From assembly GCA_022825085.1 (NCBI GenBank), contig JAJDYQ010000036.1, positions 3,007 through 67,006 on the forward strand: DNA of 64,000 nt. The letters run 5' to 3'. The notes under the pieces were generated by a model, which was not told where the DNA came from, ran no database searches, and saw only the letters and a list, made by a program, of their open reading frames with translations. The position numbers and the translations under genes were made by a program. Below, one piece after another: positions 20,182 through 28,635 of the stretch. The number at the start of each line of letters is the position of its first letter. Position 1 is the stretch's first letter. The stretch comes from Gammaproteobacteria bacterium (GTDB lineage: Bacteria > Pseudomonadota > Gammaproteobacteria > JAJDYQ01).

Positions 20182-21195
20182 ATGAATAATGAGGAAAAAA
20201 TCAGAGCTGTTGAACTGCGTGATGAAGGAGAAACCTCCATGCGAGAAATTCACCCTCTATTGGAATCTCTGGATTTACGCACGGGTTACAGCAATAACAT
20301 TCTGATCCGCATGGTGATTATTGCGGGGGTAATTGCCGGCCTGGTGATCTGGCAACTTGATCTGATAAAGGATATCTACATTCGCCATCAGATTGAAGGT
20401 ATTGGCCCGCTGATTAACAGTAGTATCCTGGTGCTGTTTGCTGCGGGGTTACTCAAGCTGGTAATGATGTTCACACGCTATTCAAGGGAGGAGGCAGCCT
20501 TGAATCGTTTTATTCGCAACATCAGCCGGGACTCTACGGATCCAGTCAGGCGCGTGCCGATGAATTCACTTGTCTCGCGCCGCTACATGCTGATGCAGGC
20601 GATGTATGAGCAGCGTGTATTGATTAATCACAGCGCGCTGGCTTCCATGCTGCTGGCCAGTGAGAGCACCCGTACCAGCATGGCGAGATTCATCAACAAT
20701 ATTCTTATCCTGGCCGGGGTATTCGGCACAATCGTTTCGTTGTCCGTTGCCTTGTTGGGAGCTTCTGACTTGCTGACCGGTACGGATGGCACGGATGGTA
20801 TGTCAACCGTGCTCTCCGGCATGTCAACGGCGCTGTCAACCACCATTACGGCGATTATATGTTACCTGTATTTTGGTTATTTCTTCCTCAAGCTGCGGGA
20901 TGTGCAGACCAATGTCATAAACAGTATCGAACAGGTTACTGCGGCACTGCTGATGCCGAAATTCGGCCTGCGAAGTGATACGGTTATGCAGGATATTGCC
21001 TCTCTGGTACACAAGATGCAGAGTCTGGTTGGCAAGCTGGAAGAATCTCAGGCACGTTATTCGGCCTCGGGCCAAAAACTTCTTGATGCTGTCAGTAGTT
21101 ATGGTATTCGGGGCCAAACCATTTCCAGCGACATCAGCACCATAAAGCAGCTGCTTCGCTCCGGTTTCAGGCTGCATGAAGATGATGAAAATTAA
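20182..21195 (+). CDS. MotA/TolQ/ExbB-family proton-channel-like membrane protein
   Basis: 337 aa with four predicted TM helices. The C-terminal pair carries the family pattern: AGVFGTIVSL ... GMSTALSTTITAIICYLYFGYF (compare LGLLGTVxGM ... ALxTTxxGL). Confidence 0.6.
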   Translation: MNNEEKIRAVELRDEGETSMREIHPLLESLDLRTGYSNNILIRMVIIAGVIAGLVIWQLDLIKDIYIRHQIEGIGPLINSSILVLFAAGLLKLVMMFTRYSREEAALNRFIRNISRDSTDPVRRVPMNSLVSRRYMLMQAMYEQRVLINHSALASMLLASESTRTSMARFINNILILAGVFGTIVSLSVALLGASDLLTGTDGTDGMSTVLSGMSTALSTTITAIICYLYFGYFFLKLRDVQTNVINSIEQVTAALLMPKFGLRSDTVMQDIASLVHKMQSLVGKLEESQARYSASGQKLLDAVSSYGIRGQTISSDISTIKQLLRSGFRLHEDDEN

Positions 21196-21232
21196 ATACA
21201 GACTCGTGCCGGAATAGACAGGAGCAAACCCA

Positions 21233-22174
21233 GTGTTTACTGATGGCTTTACCGACCTTCGTATGAATCGCCAATCCGGTCAGGGTGATGATAGCTTCTG
21301 GCCGTCATTTACCGACATCATGACCGTGATCGTAATGATTTTCCTGTTGGCCATGGTAGTTGTGATGATTCGCAACAGCGAGCTGATCGTGAAGCTGAGG
21401 ACTACCATGGAGGCTGAACGTGAGCAGGCTGAACTGGTGCGTAAAACGGCTTCGGAAAAAGAGGGCCTGGCAATTCGCCTGATTGAGGTTGAACAATTGC
21501 TGTCCATGCTGCGCATGGAAAGTATGAAGATCACGGAACAACGTGATCTGGCACGCAAAAGTCTGGCAACACGCGATGCCGAACTGCATCAGGCGCGTTC
21601 CGATCTGGTTTCGTCCCAGGCATCTCTTGAGTCAACACGCAGCGAACTGGCACAGACCAGTGAAACCTTGCAGCAGACCAATACCCGCCTCGAACAGACC
21701 ACACAACAGCGTGATACCCTGTCCACTCAGCTTGCGGACAGTCGCAGCAGATATGCCGGCCTGCAAAGAGACTATCAGCAGCAGGGGCAGCAGCTACAAT
21801 CTGTCAGGCTTGATGCCGAGAACGTGAGCAGCAAACTTGCCGTGCTGGGTGGAGAGTATGATGATCTCAAGGAGAAATACGACAAACTGGTCAGGCCGGC
21901 CCGCACACCACGCGGCAAGACAGTAGTTGAAGTTCGTAAGACCAAGGTTGACGGCAATGAGCGGATCGCCATCAAACTGCCCGGTGAGGATGGTTTCAAA
22001 ACGGTCAATGAGCCTCGAATGCACAAAGAATTGGCCTCTCTGAAAGAAAAGTTTGACAAAACACTTTACGTCAAGATCATCTTTCCGGAAGACAGCGGTC
22101 TTTCATATAGCGAAGCCTGGGGCTTTACCAGCCAGCTGCATAATAAATACGATTACTACTTTCAGGAACAGTAA
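21233..22174 (+). CDS. MotB/ExbD-like TM anchor fused to a long coiled coil and an ExbD/TolR-like C-terminal domain
   Basis: GTG start. The N-terminus WPSFTDIMTVIVMIFLLAMVVV has the stator B-subunit pattern, with the Asp in the helix. Roughly 170 heptad-rich residues follow. The C-terminus VVEVRKTKVDGNERIAIKL...LYVKIIFPEDSGLSYSEAWGFTSQL resembles the ExbD/TolR periplasmic fold. I see no OmpA-like peptidoglycan-binding motif. Confidence 0.5.
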   Translation: MFTDGFTDLRMNRQSGQGDDSFWPSFTDIMTVIVMIFLLAMVVVMIRNSELIVKLRTTMEAEREQAELVRKTASEKEGLAIRLIEVEQLLSMLRMESMKITEQRDLARKSLATRDAELHQARSDLVSSQASLESTRSELAQTSETLQQTNTRLEQTTQQRDTLSTQLADSRSRYAGLQRDYQQQGQQLQSVRLDAENVSSKLAVLGGEYDDLKEKYDKLVRPARTPRGKTVVEVRKTKVDGNERIAIKLPGEDGFKTVNEPRMHKELASLKEKFDKTLYVKIIFPEDSGLSYSEAWGFTSQLHNKYDYYFQEQ

Positions 22175-22212
22175 GCGGCAGGGCAGTACCTCTCGGTGAT
22201 GAGCACCCCACC

Positions 22213-23343
22213 ATGAAATCATTGCGTTGGATAGCGCCGGTCACTTTTTTGCTGGCGATAGCGGTTGCGATCATGCTGGTCATCTCGAAACCGAGGGCAA
22301 ATACCGTGACCAGTACCGAGCCGGTCCGTCTGATTAATACCGTAACGATTCAACCGGATGTTCATTCGCCGTCCCTGCCGCTGTTTGTCAGAGTATCCAC
22401 ACCAAACCACGCCAGACTGCGCTCCGCCATTACAGCAGATATTAAAGAGATTATTGCGCTCGATGGAGACAGGGTAAGCAAAGGCGAAACACTGTTGCTG
22501 CTTGATGATCGGGAGGCGAGGCTGACGGTTCGGCAACGCCGGGCCGATATTCAGGACAGCCAGTCGCAGATTGATGCCGAGAATCTTGACCATAAAAATG
22601 AGATGTTTGTTATACAAAACGACGATGGCGAAGACGCCAGACGCAATCGTGAGCAAATTATCGAAAGACATAAAATCCGCCTGCGCGGGTTGGAGTCCCA
22701 AAAGCTGCGTGCCGAAGTTGCTCTCGAACTGGCCGAGCTGGACCTGCAGCGCACAGTGATTACCGCACCATTCGATGGGCAGGTCACACAGCTACATGTC
22801 TCTGTCGGCGACCGTGTCTCCCCCGGAGATCGCCTGATTGATGTCTATGACCGCCGATCCATGGAGCTGATTGGGCCCATACCGCGTCGTTATCAGGCGA
22901 CTTTGCAACAGGCGCTGGATAATGGTGAGCCACTGGCGGCTGTTTCCATCGATTCGGATACCATCATTCAAGCTGAACTTGTTCGTCTGGGTGGTGAGGT
23001 CAATGAGCGCAGCGGTGGGGTTAATGCCATATTCAGCATTACACAGGGTGGTGAATCTCTATCTCTGGGGCGCAGCCTCAGAGTTCAGCTACAGCTCCCG
23101 GCTGTTGCCAACAGTTTTGTTTTGAGCAATGCCGCCCTGTATGGTGCTGATACCATTTACCGGGTCGTCGATGGCCGCTTACAGGCTGTCAGGGTAAGTC
23201 GCCTTGGTGATTATATCGACAAAGAGCAGCCAGACGGCTCCCTGCTGCTCAGTGGAGAGGTGCGGGCAGGTGATGTTATTATGACCACACAGCTTCCCAA
23301 TGCGTCTGAGAACCTGCCTGTAAAAATCAGTAATCCATATTGA
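22213..23343 (+). CDS. Efflux RND transporter periplasmic adaptor (MFP/HlyD family)
   Basis: 376 aa with a TM anchor, a lipoyl-like hairpin (GDRVSKGETLLLLDD ... VITAPFDGQVTQLHVSVGDRVSPGDRL) and a coiled-coil insert. Confidence 0.85.
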   Translation: MKSLRWIAPVTFLLAIAVAIMLVISKPRANTVTSTEPVRLINTVTIQPDVHSPSLPLFVRVSTPNHARLRSAITADIKEIIALDGDRVSKGETLLLLDDREARLTVRQRRADIQDSQSQIDAENLDHKNEMFVIQNDDGEDARRNREQIIERHKIRLRGLESQKLRAEVALELAELDLQRTVITAPFDGQVTQLHVSVGDRVSPGDRLIDVYDRRSMELIGPIPRRYQATLQQALDNGEPLAAVSIDSDTIIQAELVRLGGEVNERSGGVNAIFSITQGGESLSLGRSLRVQLQLPAVANSFVLSNAALYGADTIYRVVDGRLQAVRVSRLGDYIDKEQPDGSLLLSGEVRAGDVIMTTQLPNASENLPVKISNPY

Positions 23344-26300
23344 TGTCTGACTTCAAGCATCGCGGTAATATTATCGGCACCTTCGCGCAGCATCGTGTTG
23401 CAGCCAATTTGTTAATGGTCATTATGATCATGTGTGGTTCTTTGGCACTATTCTATATTAACACACAGTTTTTTCCGGGCTATACCCTTGAAACTATTAA
23501 CGTGCGTGTTGCCTGGCGCGGTGCCAGTCCAGAAGAAATCGAAGATGGTCTGACCAATCGAATAGAAGAGGCGTTACGCACCCAGGAAAATCTGCGCACC
23601 ATGACCTCAACTTCGGTCGAAGGAATTTCTTCGATCACGCTGGAATATGAAACCGGTACCGATATGCCACGCGCTCTCGATCAGGTGCAGGAAAAGATCG
23701 CGCTGATCCGCGATTTACCTGCCGATATCGAGCAACCAGAAATTACCCGGATGACGATTTATGAACGTGTCGCAAGGCTGTTAATCTGGAGTGAGCACGA
23801 TGCACGCGCCTTGCCAGAATTGGCGCAACGACTGCAAAGAGAGCTATTGGACCGTGGCATATCGAGCGTTGAGATGACTGGATTGGAAAAGCAGGAAATT
23901 GCCATTCAGCTTTCTATCGAAGACATGCAGGAAATGAATATCTCGCTGGATCAGCTTGGGCGGCATATTGCCCGGCTCAGTGCCGAAGCACCGGTCGGCA
24001 ATATCAACCGTGATCTGTTGAGCCAGCAACTACGCAGCCCGAATAAAATTAAACAGGTCGAAGAATATGCCGAAGTACCACTGAATTTTGCAGGACAGAC
24101 CCTGCGCCTGGGTGATGTTGCCAATATCGAACGCCGTGCCCGTGATAATGAGACTACGATGAGCTATCGGGGATATCCGGCTATTGAGCTGCGCCTGCTT
24201 CGTATCGAAGGTTTTGACAGCCTGAAATCGGCACGCATCCTTGCAGAGTGGCTGGCTGAAACCGAACCCACATTGCCGCCTGGAATAGGCATACGGGTCT
24301 ATGATGAGCGCTGGCAGTACATTATGCAGCGCATCGGCCTGTTATTGGAGAACGGCCTTACCGGTCTGTTACTGGTTATTGCCATTTTGTTTTTCTTTTT
24401 GCGTGGCCCGGTAGCGTTCTGGGTTGCGGTCGGCATTCCGGTTTCCTTTATGGCGGCGCTGGCGGCGCTGTATGTATTTGGTGGTTCGATCAACATGGTC
24501 AGTCTGTTTGGCCTTATCATGGCTGTGGGTATTATCGTTGATGATGCTATTGTGGTGGGTGAGGATGCCATGACCCACTATCAGATGGGTGAGTCACCAC
24601 TCTCCGCTGCCGAAGGCGGTGCCTGGCGTATGCTTGCGCCTGTCATTTCTTCATCGCTAACAACGGTTGCCGCCTTCATTCCTTTGATGATGCTCGGCGG
24701 TTTTATTGGCAAGCTGTTATTTGCCATCCCGTTGGTAATTATCTGTGCCATACTGGCTTCGCTGATTGAGAGCTTTTTGATTCTGCCCGGTCATTTACGC
24801 TATTCCTTTGAGCGTATGCGTTCGCTCGGAGCAATCTCGGATCGACGCCGGCAAATGGAAGGCTGGTTTGACCACTTCCGTGATGGACACTTTCGTCGCT
24901 GGGTTGAATGCTGTATCGCCCACCCATGGCATACCCTGATGATTTTACTGGCTGTGGTTATCGTTACCATTGGTTTATTGGCCGGCAAGCGTATTCCATT
25001 TACTTTCATGCCACAAACAGAATCCGGTCAGATATCAGCCAATATCCAGTTCGCTGCCGGTACGCCGCGCCATATCGTCCGTGACTACGTGGCGACCGTG
25101 GAAAGGGCGCTGGATGATATGAATGAAGAGTTTCCCGGTGTCATTCTGCTGTACTCCAGTCGCCTCGGTGAAAACCTCAGCCGTCACAGCCGCAGCTCGC
25201 AAAGAGGTGACCGCTACGCCAGCATCCTGATCGAACTGACTCCCTCCGATGAACGTGATATGCGCAACCCCGAGTTCATCCGCCAGTTGCGTTCACGTGT
25301 CAATGAACCGGCGGCATTGGAAAATCTGCTGATTACCAGTCGGCAGGCCGGGCCGGGTGGACGCGATCTGACCTTTCAGTTAACCGGCTCATCACCACTG
25401 CAACTGAAGCAAGCGGCTGAGGCATTGAAAGAGATTCTGAATAATACCCGCTCGGTATTCAGTGTCGATGACGATATGCCATACGGTCAGACCCAGCTTA
25501 TCTTCAAACTCAATGCACAGGGTAAATCGCTGGGCATTACTACCGAGGCGATCAGCCAACAGATGCGAGCGGCGTATGATGGCTTCATCGTGCAAATCTT
25601 CCAGGACGGTTTTGATGAAATCGAGGTGCGCACTGTATTGCATGATGAACAGCGTAATGGCTTTTCCATGCTGGAGTCATTACCCATCATGCTGCCGGAT
25701 GGCGAACAGGCTGTGCTGGGGTCACTGGTTGATTTCCATCATCAACGCGGCTTTGAAATACTGCGCCATGAAAAAGGCCGACTGGCGCTCGAAGTCTCGG
25801 CCGATATCGACGAGACACAGGGCAATGCCAATGAAATCACCAATGAGATATTGACTCATGCGCTGCCCGGTATTGCTGCACGCTATAACATTGAATTTGC
25901 CGCCGTTGGTAATGCCGCCGATCAGCAGCAGACTTTCAGTGAGATGAAGATCGGTTCGCTGTTCGCATTGGCGCTGATCTACCTCATACTGGCCTGGATA
26001 TTTTCGTCCTATGGCTGGCCGCTGGTAGTGATAGCGATTATTCCATTCGCCATCATCGGTGCCATACTGGGACATTGGTTGACCGGTATCAACTTAACGA
26101 TTCTTTCACTGTTCGGTCTGTTTGGACTCGCCGGCATTGTCGTCAACGACTCAATCATTCTGGTGACATTTTACCGGCACCTGCGCAAGGAAGGCATGCC
26201 GCGACAACAGGCCATTGTGGAAGCCTCGGTGCGACGCCTGCGTGCCGTATTGCTCACGTCACTGACCACGATTGCCGGACTGACGCCACTTTTATTTGAA

Positions 26301-26471
26301 ACTTCGGTGCAGGCACAGTTTTTAATCCCCATGGCCACCTCCATCGTTTTTGGGTTGGGATTTTCGACGGTACTGGTTTTGGTTCTGGTGCCGTTGTTGC
26401 TGAATGCGTATGAAGCTCTGGCGGAGAAACTGTCAGGTCAGGCATCGGTAGCAGCGCCTGTGGTGAATTAA
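23340..26471 (+). CDS. Efflux RND transporter permease (AcrB/AcrD/AcrF family)
   Basis: 1043 aa with a 12-TM pseudo-repeat architecture and the conserved VGIIVDDAIVV / AGIVVNDSIIL TM4/TM10 motifs. There is a 4-nt overlap with the adaptor gene. Confidence 0.9.
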   Translation: MMSDFKHRGNIIGTFAQHRVAANLLMVIMIMCGSLALFYINTQFFPGYTLETINVRVAWRGASPEEIEDGLTNRIEEALRTQENLRTMTSTSVEGISSITLEYETGTDMPRALDQVQEKIALIRDLPADIEQPEITRMTIYERVARLLIWSEHDARALPELAQRLQRELLDRGISSVEMTGLEKQEIAIQLSIEDMQEMNISLDQLGRHIARLSAEAPVGNINRDLLSQQLRSPNKIKQVEEYAEVPLNFAGQTLRLGDVANIERRARDNETTMSYRGYPAIELRLLRIEGFDSLKSARILAEWLAETEPTLPPGIGIRVYDERWQYIMQRIGLLLENGLTGLLLVIAILFFFLRGPVAFWVAVGIPVSFMAALAALYVFGGSINMVSLFGLIMAVGIIVDDAIVVGEDAMTHYQMGESPLSAAEGGAWRMLAPVISSSLTTVAAFIPLMMLGGFIGKLLFAIPLVIICAILASLIESFLILPGHLRYSFERMRSLGAISDRRRQMEGWFDHFRDGHFRRWVECCIAHPWHTLMILLAVVIVTIGLLAGKRIPFTFMPQTESGQISANIQFAAGTPRHIVRDYVATVERALDDMNEEFPGVILLYSSRLGENLSRHSRSSQRGDRYASILIELTPSDERDMRNPEFIRQLRSRVNEPAALENLLITSRQAGPGGRDLTFQLTGSSPLQLKQAAEALKEILNNTRSVFSVDDDMPYGQTQLIFKLNAQGKSLGITTEAISQQMRAAYDGFIVQIFQDGFDEIEVRTVLHDEQRNGFSMLESLPIMLPDGEQAVLGSLVDFHHQRGFEILRHEKGRLALEVSADIDETQGNANEITNEILTHALPGIAARYNIEFAAVGNAADQQQTFSEMKIGSLFALALIYLILAWIFSSYGWPLVVIAIIPFAIIGAILGHWLTGINLTILSLFGLFGLAGIVVNDSIILVTFYRHLRKEGMPRQQAIVEASVRRLRAVLLTSLTTIAGLTPLLFETSVQAQFLIPMATSIVFGLGFSTVLVLVLVPLLLNAYEALAEKLSGQASVAAPVVN

Positions 26472-26535
26472 AGAGTAAGCTGCTGTTTCGCAAAATATCA
26501 ATGTAATAAATAGTTTAAACGAGTTATAATGTCCG

Positions 26536-26567
26536 CTTTCCCCAAAAGGCATTGCGGGAAAGTTTTT
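26536..26567 (+). terminator. Candidate rho-independent terminator after the RND gene
   Basis: CTTTCCC (26536-26542) pairs with GGGAAAG (26556-26562) and is followed by TTTTT. The loop is long (13 nt), so this is only moderate. Confidence 0.4.
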
Positions 26568-26616
26568 AATTCATGATATTTAACAATCAATTCTGGTGCT
26601 TTAAAAAGATTTCAAA

Positions 26617-27546
26617 ATGATCCTTACCAGAATCATACCTACAAAAGAAAGGGTGCGGTTTGCAAAATTAACTTTGCGGCACGCATTATTATTCTTGCGA
26701 AATACAGTGAGTGCAAACAGTATTACTGTGGATTGGAGAGAGAATTACCCTGTTGCTACAGCATTAGATTGCATAGTTGCCGCGGCATGGCTTCTGGAAA
26801 TACGGGGCATCACCCTGAAGTTTAGGCAGTCCTCCAATGCAATGTGGCAGCATTTCGAGAGTGATACTCTGAGCAAGGCAACGGACAGGTCAGAGCAGGA
26901 ATCCAGCTCTTCCCGGGAGGTTATTCTGGCCAAATCGATGGCCTATATTGCGACGATTTTTATTTCCTCCGAGTATGGACATAAAGTAATTACCCGATTG
27001 TCTATCAAGGAAGACCTCAGAAAGTCTGCCAATGAGTGGTTTGAAAACCATATCAAGGGAGATTGGGTAGCCGTCCATTATCGTGGCACAGATATAAGGG
27101 AAAATCGGAATGGATATTGTAAAAGCAGATACAGGATAGAGATGAAGCCGTATGTGAATTATCTGAAAGGGGTGCTGGACAGTCAATGCAGCATTTTTGC
27201 CTGTTCGGATCAGGCACAATTCATTGATGAGGTGAAGGCGGCATTTCCAGGGCGGGTGTTCGCGCGAGATATAAAACGCTCTTACGATGGCAAGCCTCTT
27301 CATCTTAACTTTGTCCCGCTTGCGGAGAGTCACGATTATGATCAGGAGAGGGATGCCTTGATAGATGTTTTAGTATTGGCAAAGGCCGAATTAATCTATA
27401 CAACCGGTTCAGGGTTTGTAGATGTGGTCAGATATTTTAATCCAGAGACTAAAATTGTATCGCTGGACGGAAGAACAATAGGGAGAGGGAAAAACAATGC
27501 GCCTATTCCTGAGCCGGATTTATTCAAAAGATTATCCCTGCCTTGA
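26617..27546 (+). CDS. Fucosyltransferase-superfamily-like glycosyltransferase, paralogue 4
   Basis: 309 aa with the same HYRGTD / IFACSDQ / ERDALIDVLVLAKAELIYTTGSGFVDVVRYF motifs. The last ~70 residues are almost identical to paralogue 3. Confidence 0.6.
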   Translation: MILTRIIPTKERVRFAKLTLRHALLFLRNTVSANSITVDWRENYPVATALDCIVAAAWLLEIRGITLKFRQSSNAMWQHFESDTLSKATDRSEQESSSSREVILAKSMAYIATIFISSEYGHKVITRLSIKEDLRKSANEWFENHIKGDWVAVHYRGTDIRENRNGYCKSRYRIEMKPYVNYLKGVLDSQCSIFACSDQAQFIDEVKAAFPGRVFARDIKRSYDGKPLHLNFVPLAESHDYDQERDALIDVLVLAKAELIYTTGSGFVDVVRYFNPETKIVSLDGRTIGRGKNNAPIPEPDLFKRLSLP

Positions 27547-27705
27547 GGAGGCGCACTGTATGATTGCTGTTAAACTGCCTGTTTTATGATTCAAGGTATT
27601 GCTGTTGCTTCCTTACCACCAATGTTCTTGAAGAAATACCGGTGCGTAAAAATTTCGAAAATCCGGTTATAATATTAAGCCTTATCAAATTCGGTTACCG
27701 GTTGT

Positions 27706-28635
27706 ATGCGACTTGTTCGTGGTTTGGTGAATCTGGCTGAGGGGGCAGTTCCCTGTGCGCTGACAATCGGCAATTTCGATGGTCTGCATCTTGGTCATCA
27801 GGAAATCCTTCGGTCACTGGTCGTTGCGGCGGAAAAGCGGAATCTGCTCGCCTCGCTGATGATTTTTGAGCCGCAGCCACTGGAATTTTTCCTTGGAGAG
27901 AAGGCACCGGCTCGTCTGTATCGGTTTGCGGACAAGCTGCGAGTGTTGGGGGAGATACCGCTCGATCAGGTGATTGCGATGGACTTTAACCGCCATCTGG
28001 CGGAAATGTCTGCCGGGGACTTTATCCGGCATATCCTTGTCGGGCGATTAAATATGAAATACCTGCTGGTTGGTGATGACTTTCGCTTTGGCAGGGACCG
28101 GGCCGGCGATTTTGAAGTACTAAAGGCTGCGGCAGATCGATATGATTTCGAGCTGCAAAGAATGGATAATGTGCTGGCATCCAGGCGTCGGGTGAGTAGT
28201 ACGGCCGTTCGTGAATTGCTATATCGTGGAGACATCGAAGCCGCGAACCGGCTGCTGGGGCGTCCCTATACCATGTGTGGCCGGGTTGTACATGATCGCA
28301 AGCTGGGGCGTGATATTGGCTGGCCGACCATTAATATCCCGGTGCGTCGCCGACATTCACCGTTATCCGGGGTTTATGCAGCACGTGTATCCGGTGTGGA
28401 GGATGATGTTATTTTGAATGGTGTGGCCAGTATTGGTACCCGGCCAACGGTGAACGGCGTGGACTGGATGCTGGAGGTATTTTTATTCGATTGGTCGGGT
28501 GACTGTTATGGTCGGCGGGTCAATGTGGAGTTTATAAAACATCTGCGCAAGGAAGAAAAATTTGAAAATTTACAGGCAATGACATTACAGATTGAACGTG
28601 ATGCAAAAGCTGCCAGAGAAGCACTGGATATATGA
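27706..28635 (+). CDS. ribF: Bifunctional riboflavin kinase / FMN adenylyltransferase
   Basis: 309 aa, [15 protein letters not shown]...FEPQP...VGDDFRFG...GWPTINI, RibF signatures. Confidence 0.95.
   Translation: MRLVRGLVNLAEGAVPCALTIGNFDGLHLGHQEILRSLVVAAEKRNLLASLMIFEPQPLEFFLGEKAPARLYRFADKLRVLGEIPLDQVIAMDFNRHLAEMSAGDFIRHILVGRLNMKYLLVGDDFRFGRDRAGDFEVLKAAADRYDFELQRMDNVLASRRRVSSTAVRELLYRGDIEAANRLLGRPYTMCGRVVHDRKLGRDIGWPTINIPVRRRHSPLSGVYAARVSGVEDDVILNGVASIGTRPTVNGVDWMLEVFLFDWSGDCYGRRVNVEFIKHLRKEEKFENLQAMTLQIERDAKAAREALDI

Noticed and set aside
20779-20799. Short tandem repeat GGTACGGATGGCACGGATGGT
   Set aside because: It is a 9-nt near-duplication inside the MotA-like gene encoding TGTDGTDGM in a loop. 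It is too short to be a meaningful repeat element.
20182-22174. MotA-like/MotB-like pair as a Zorya (ZorAB) defence system
   Set aside because: The A subunit is only 337 aa and lacks the long C-terminal ZorA tail. The coiled coil is on the B subunit. No ZorC/ZorD/ZorE-like genes follow; an MFP/RND pump does. The locus sits in the housekeeping backbone with backbone-like composition.
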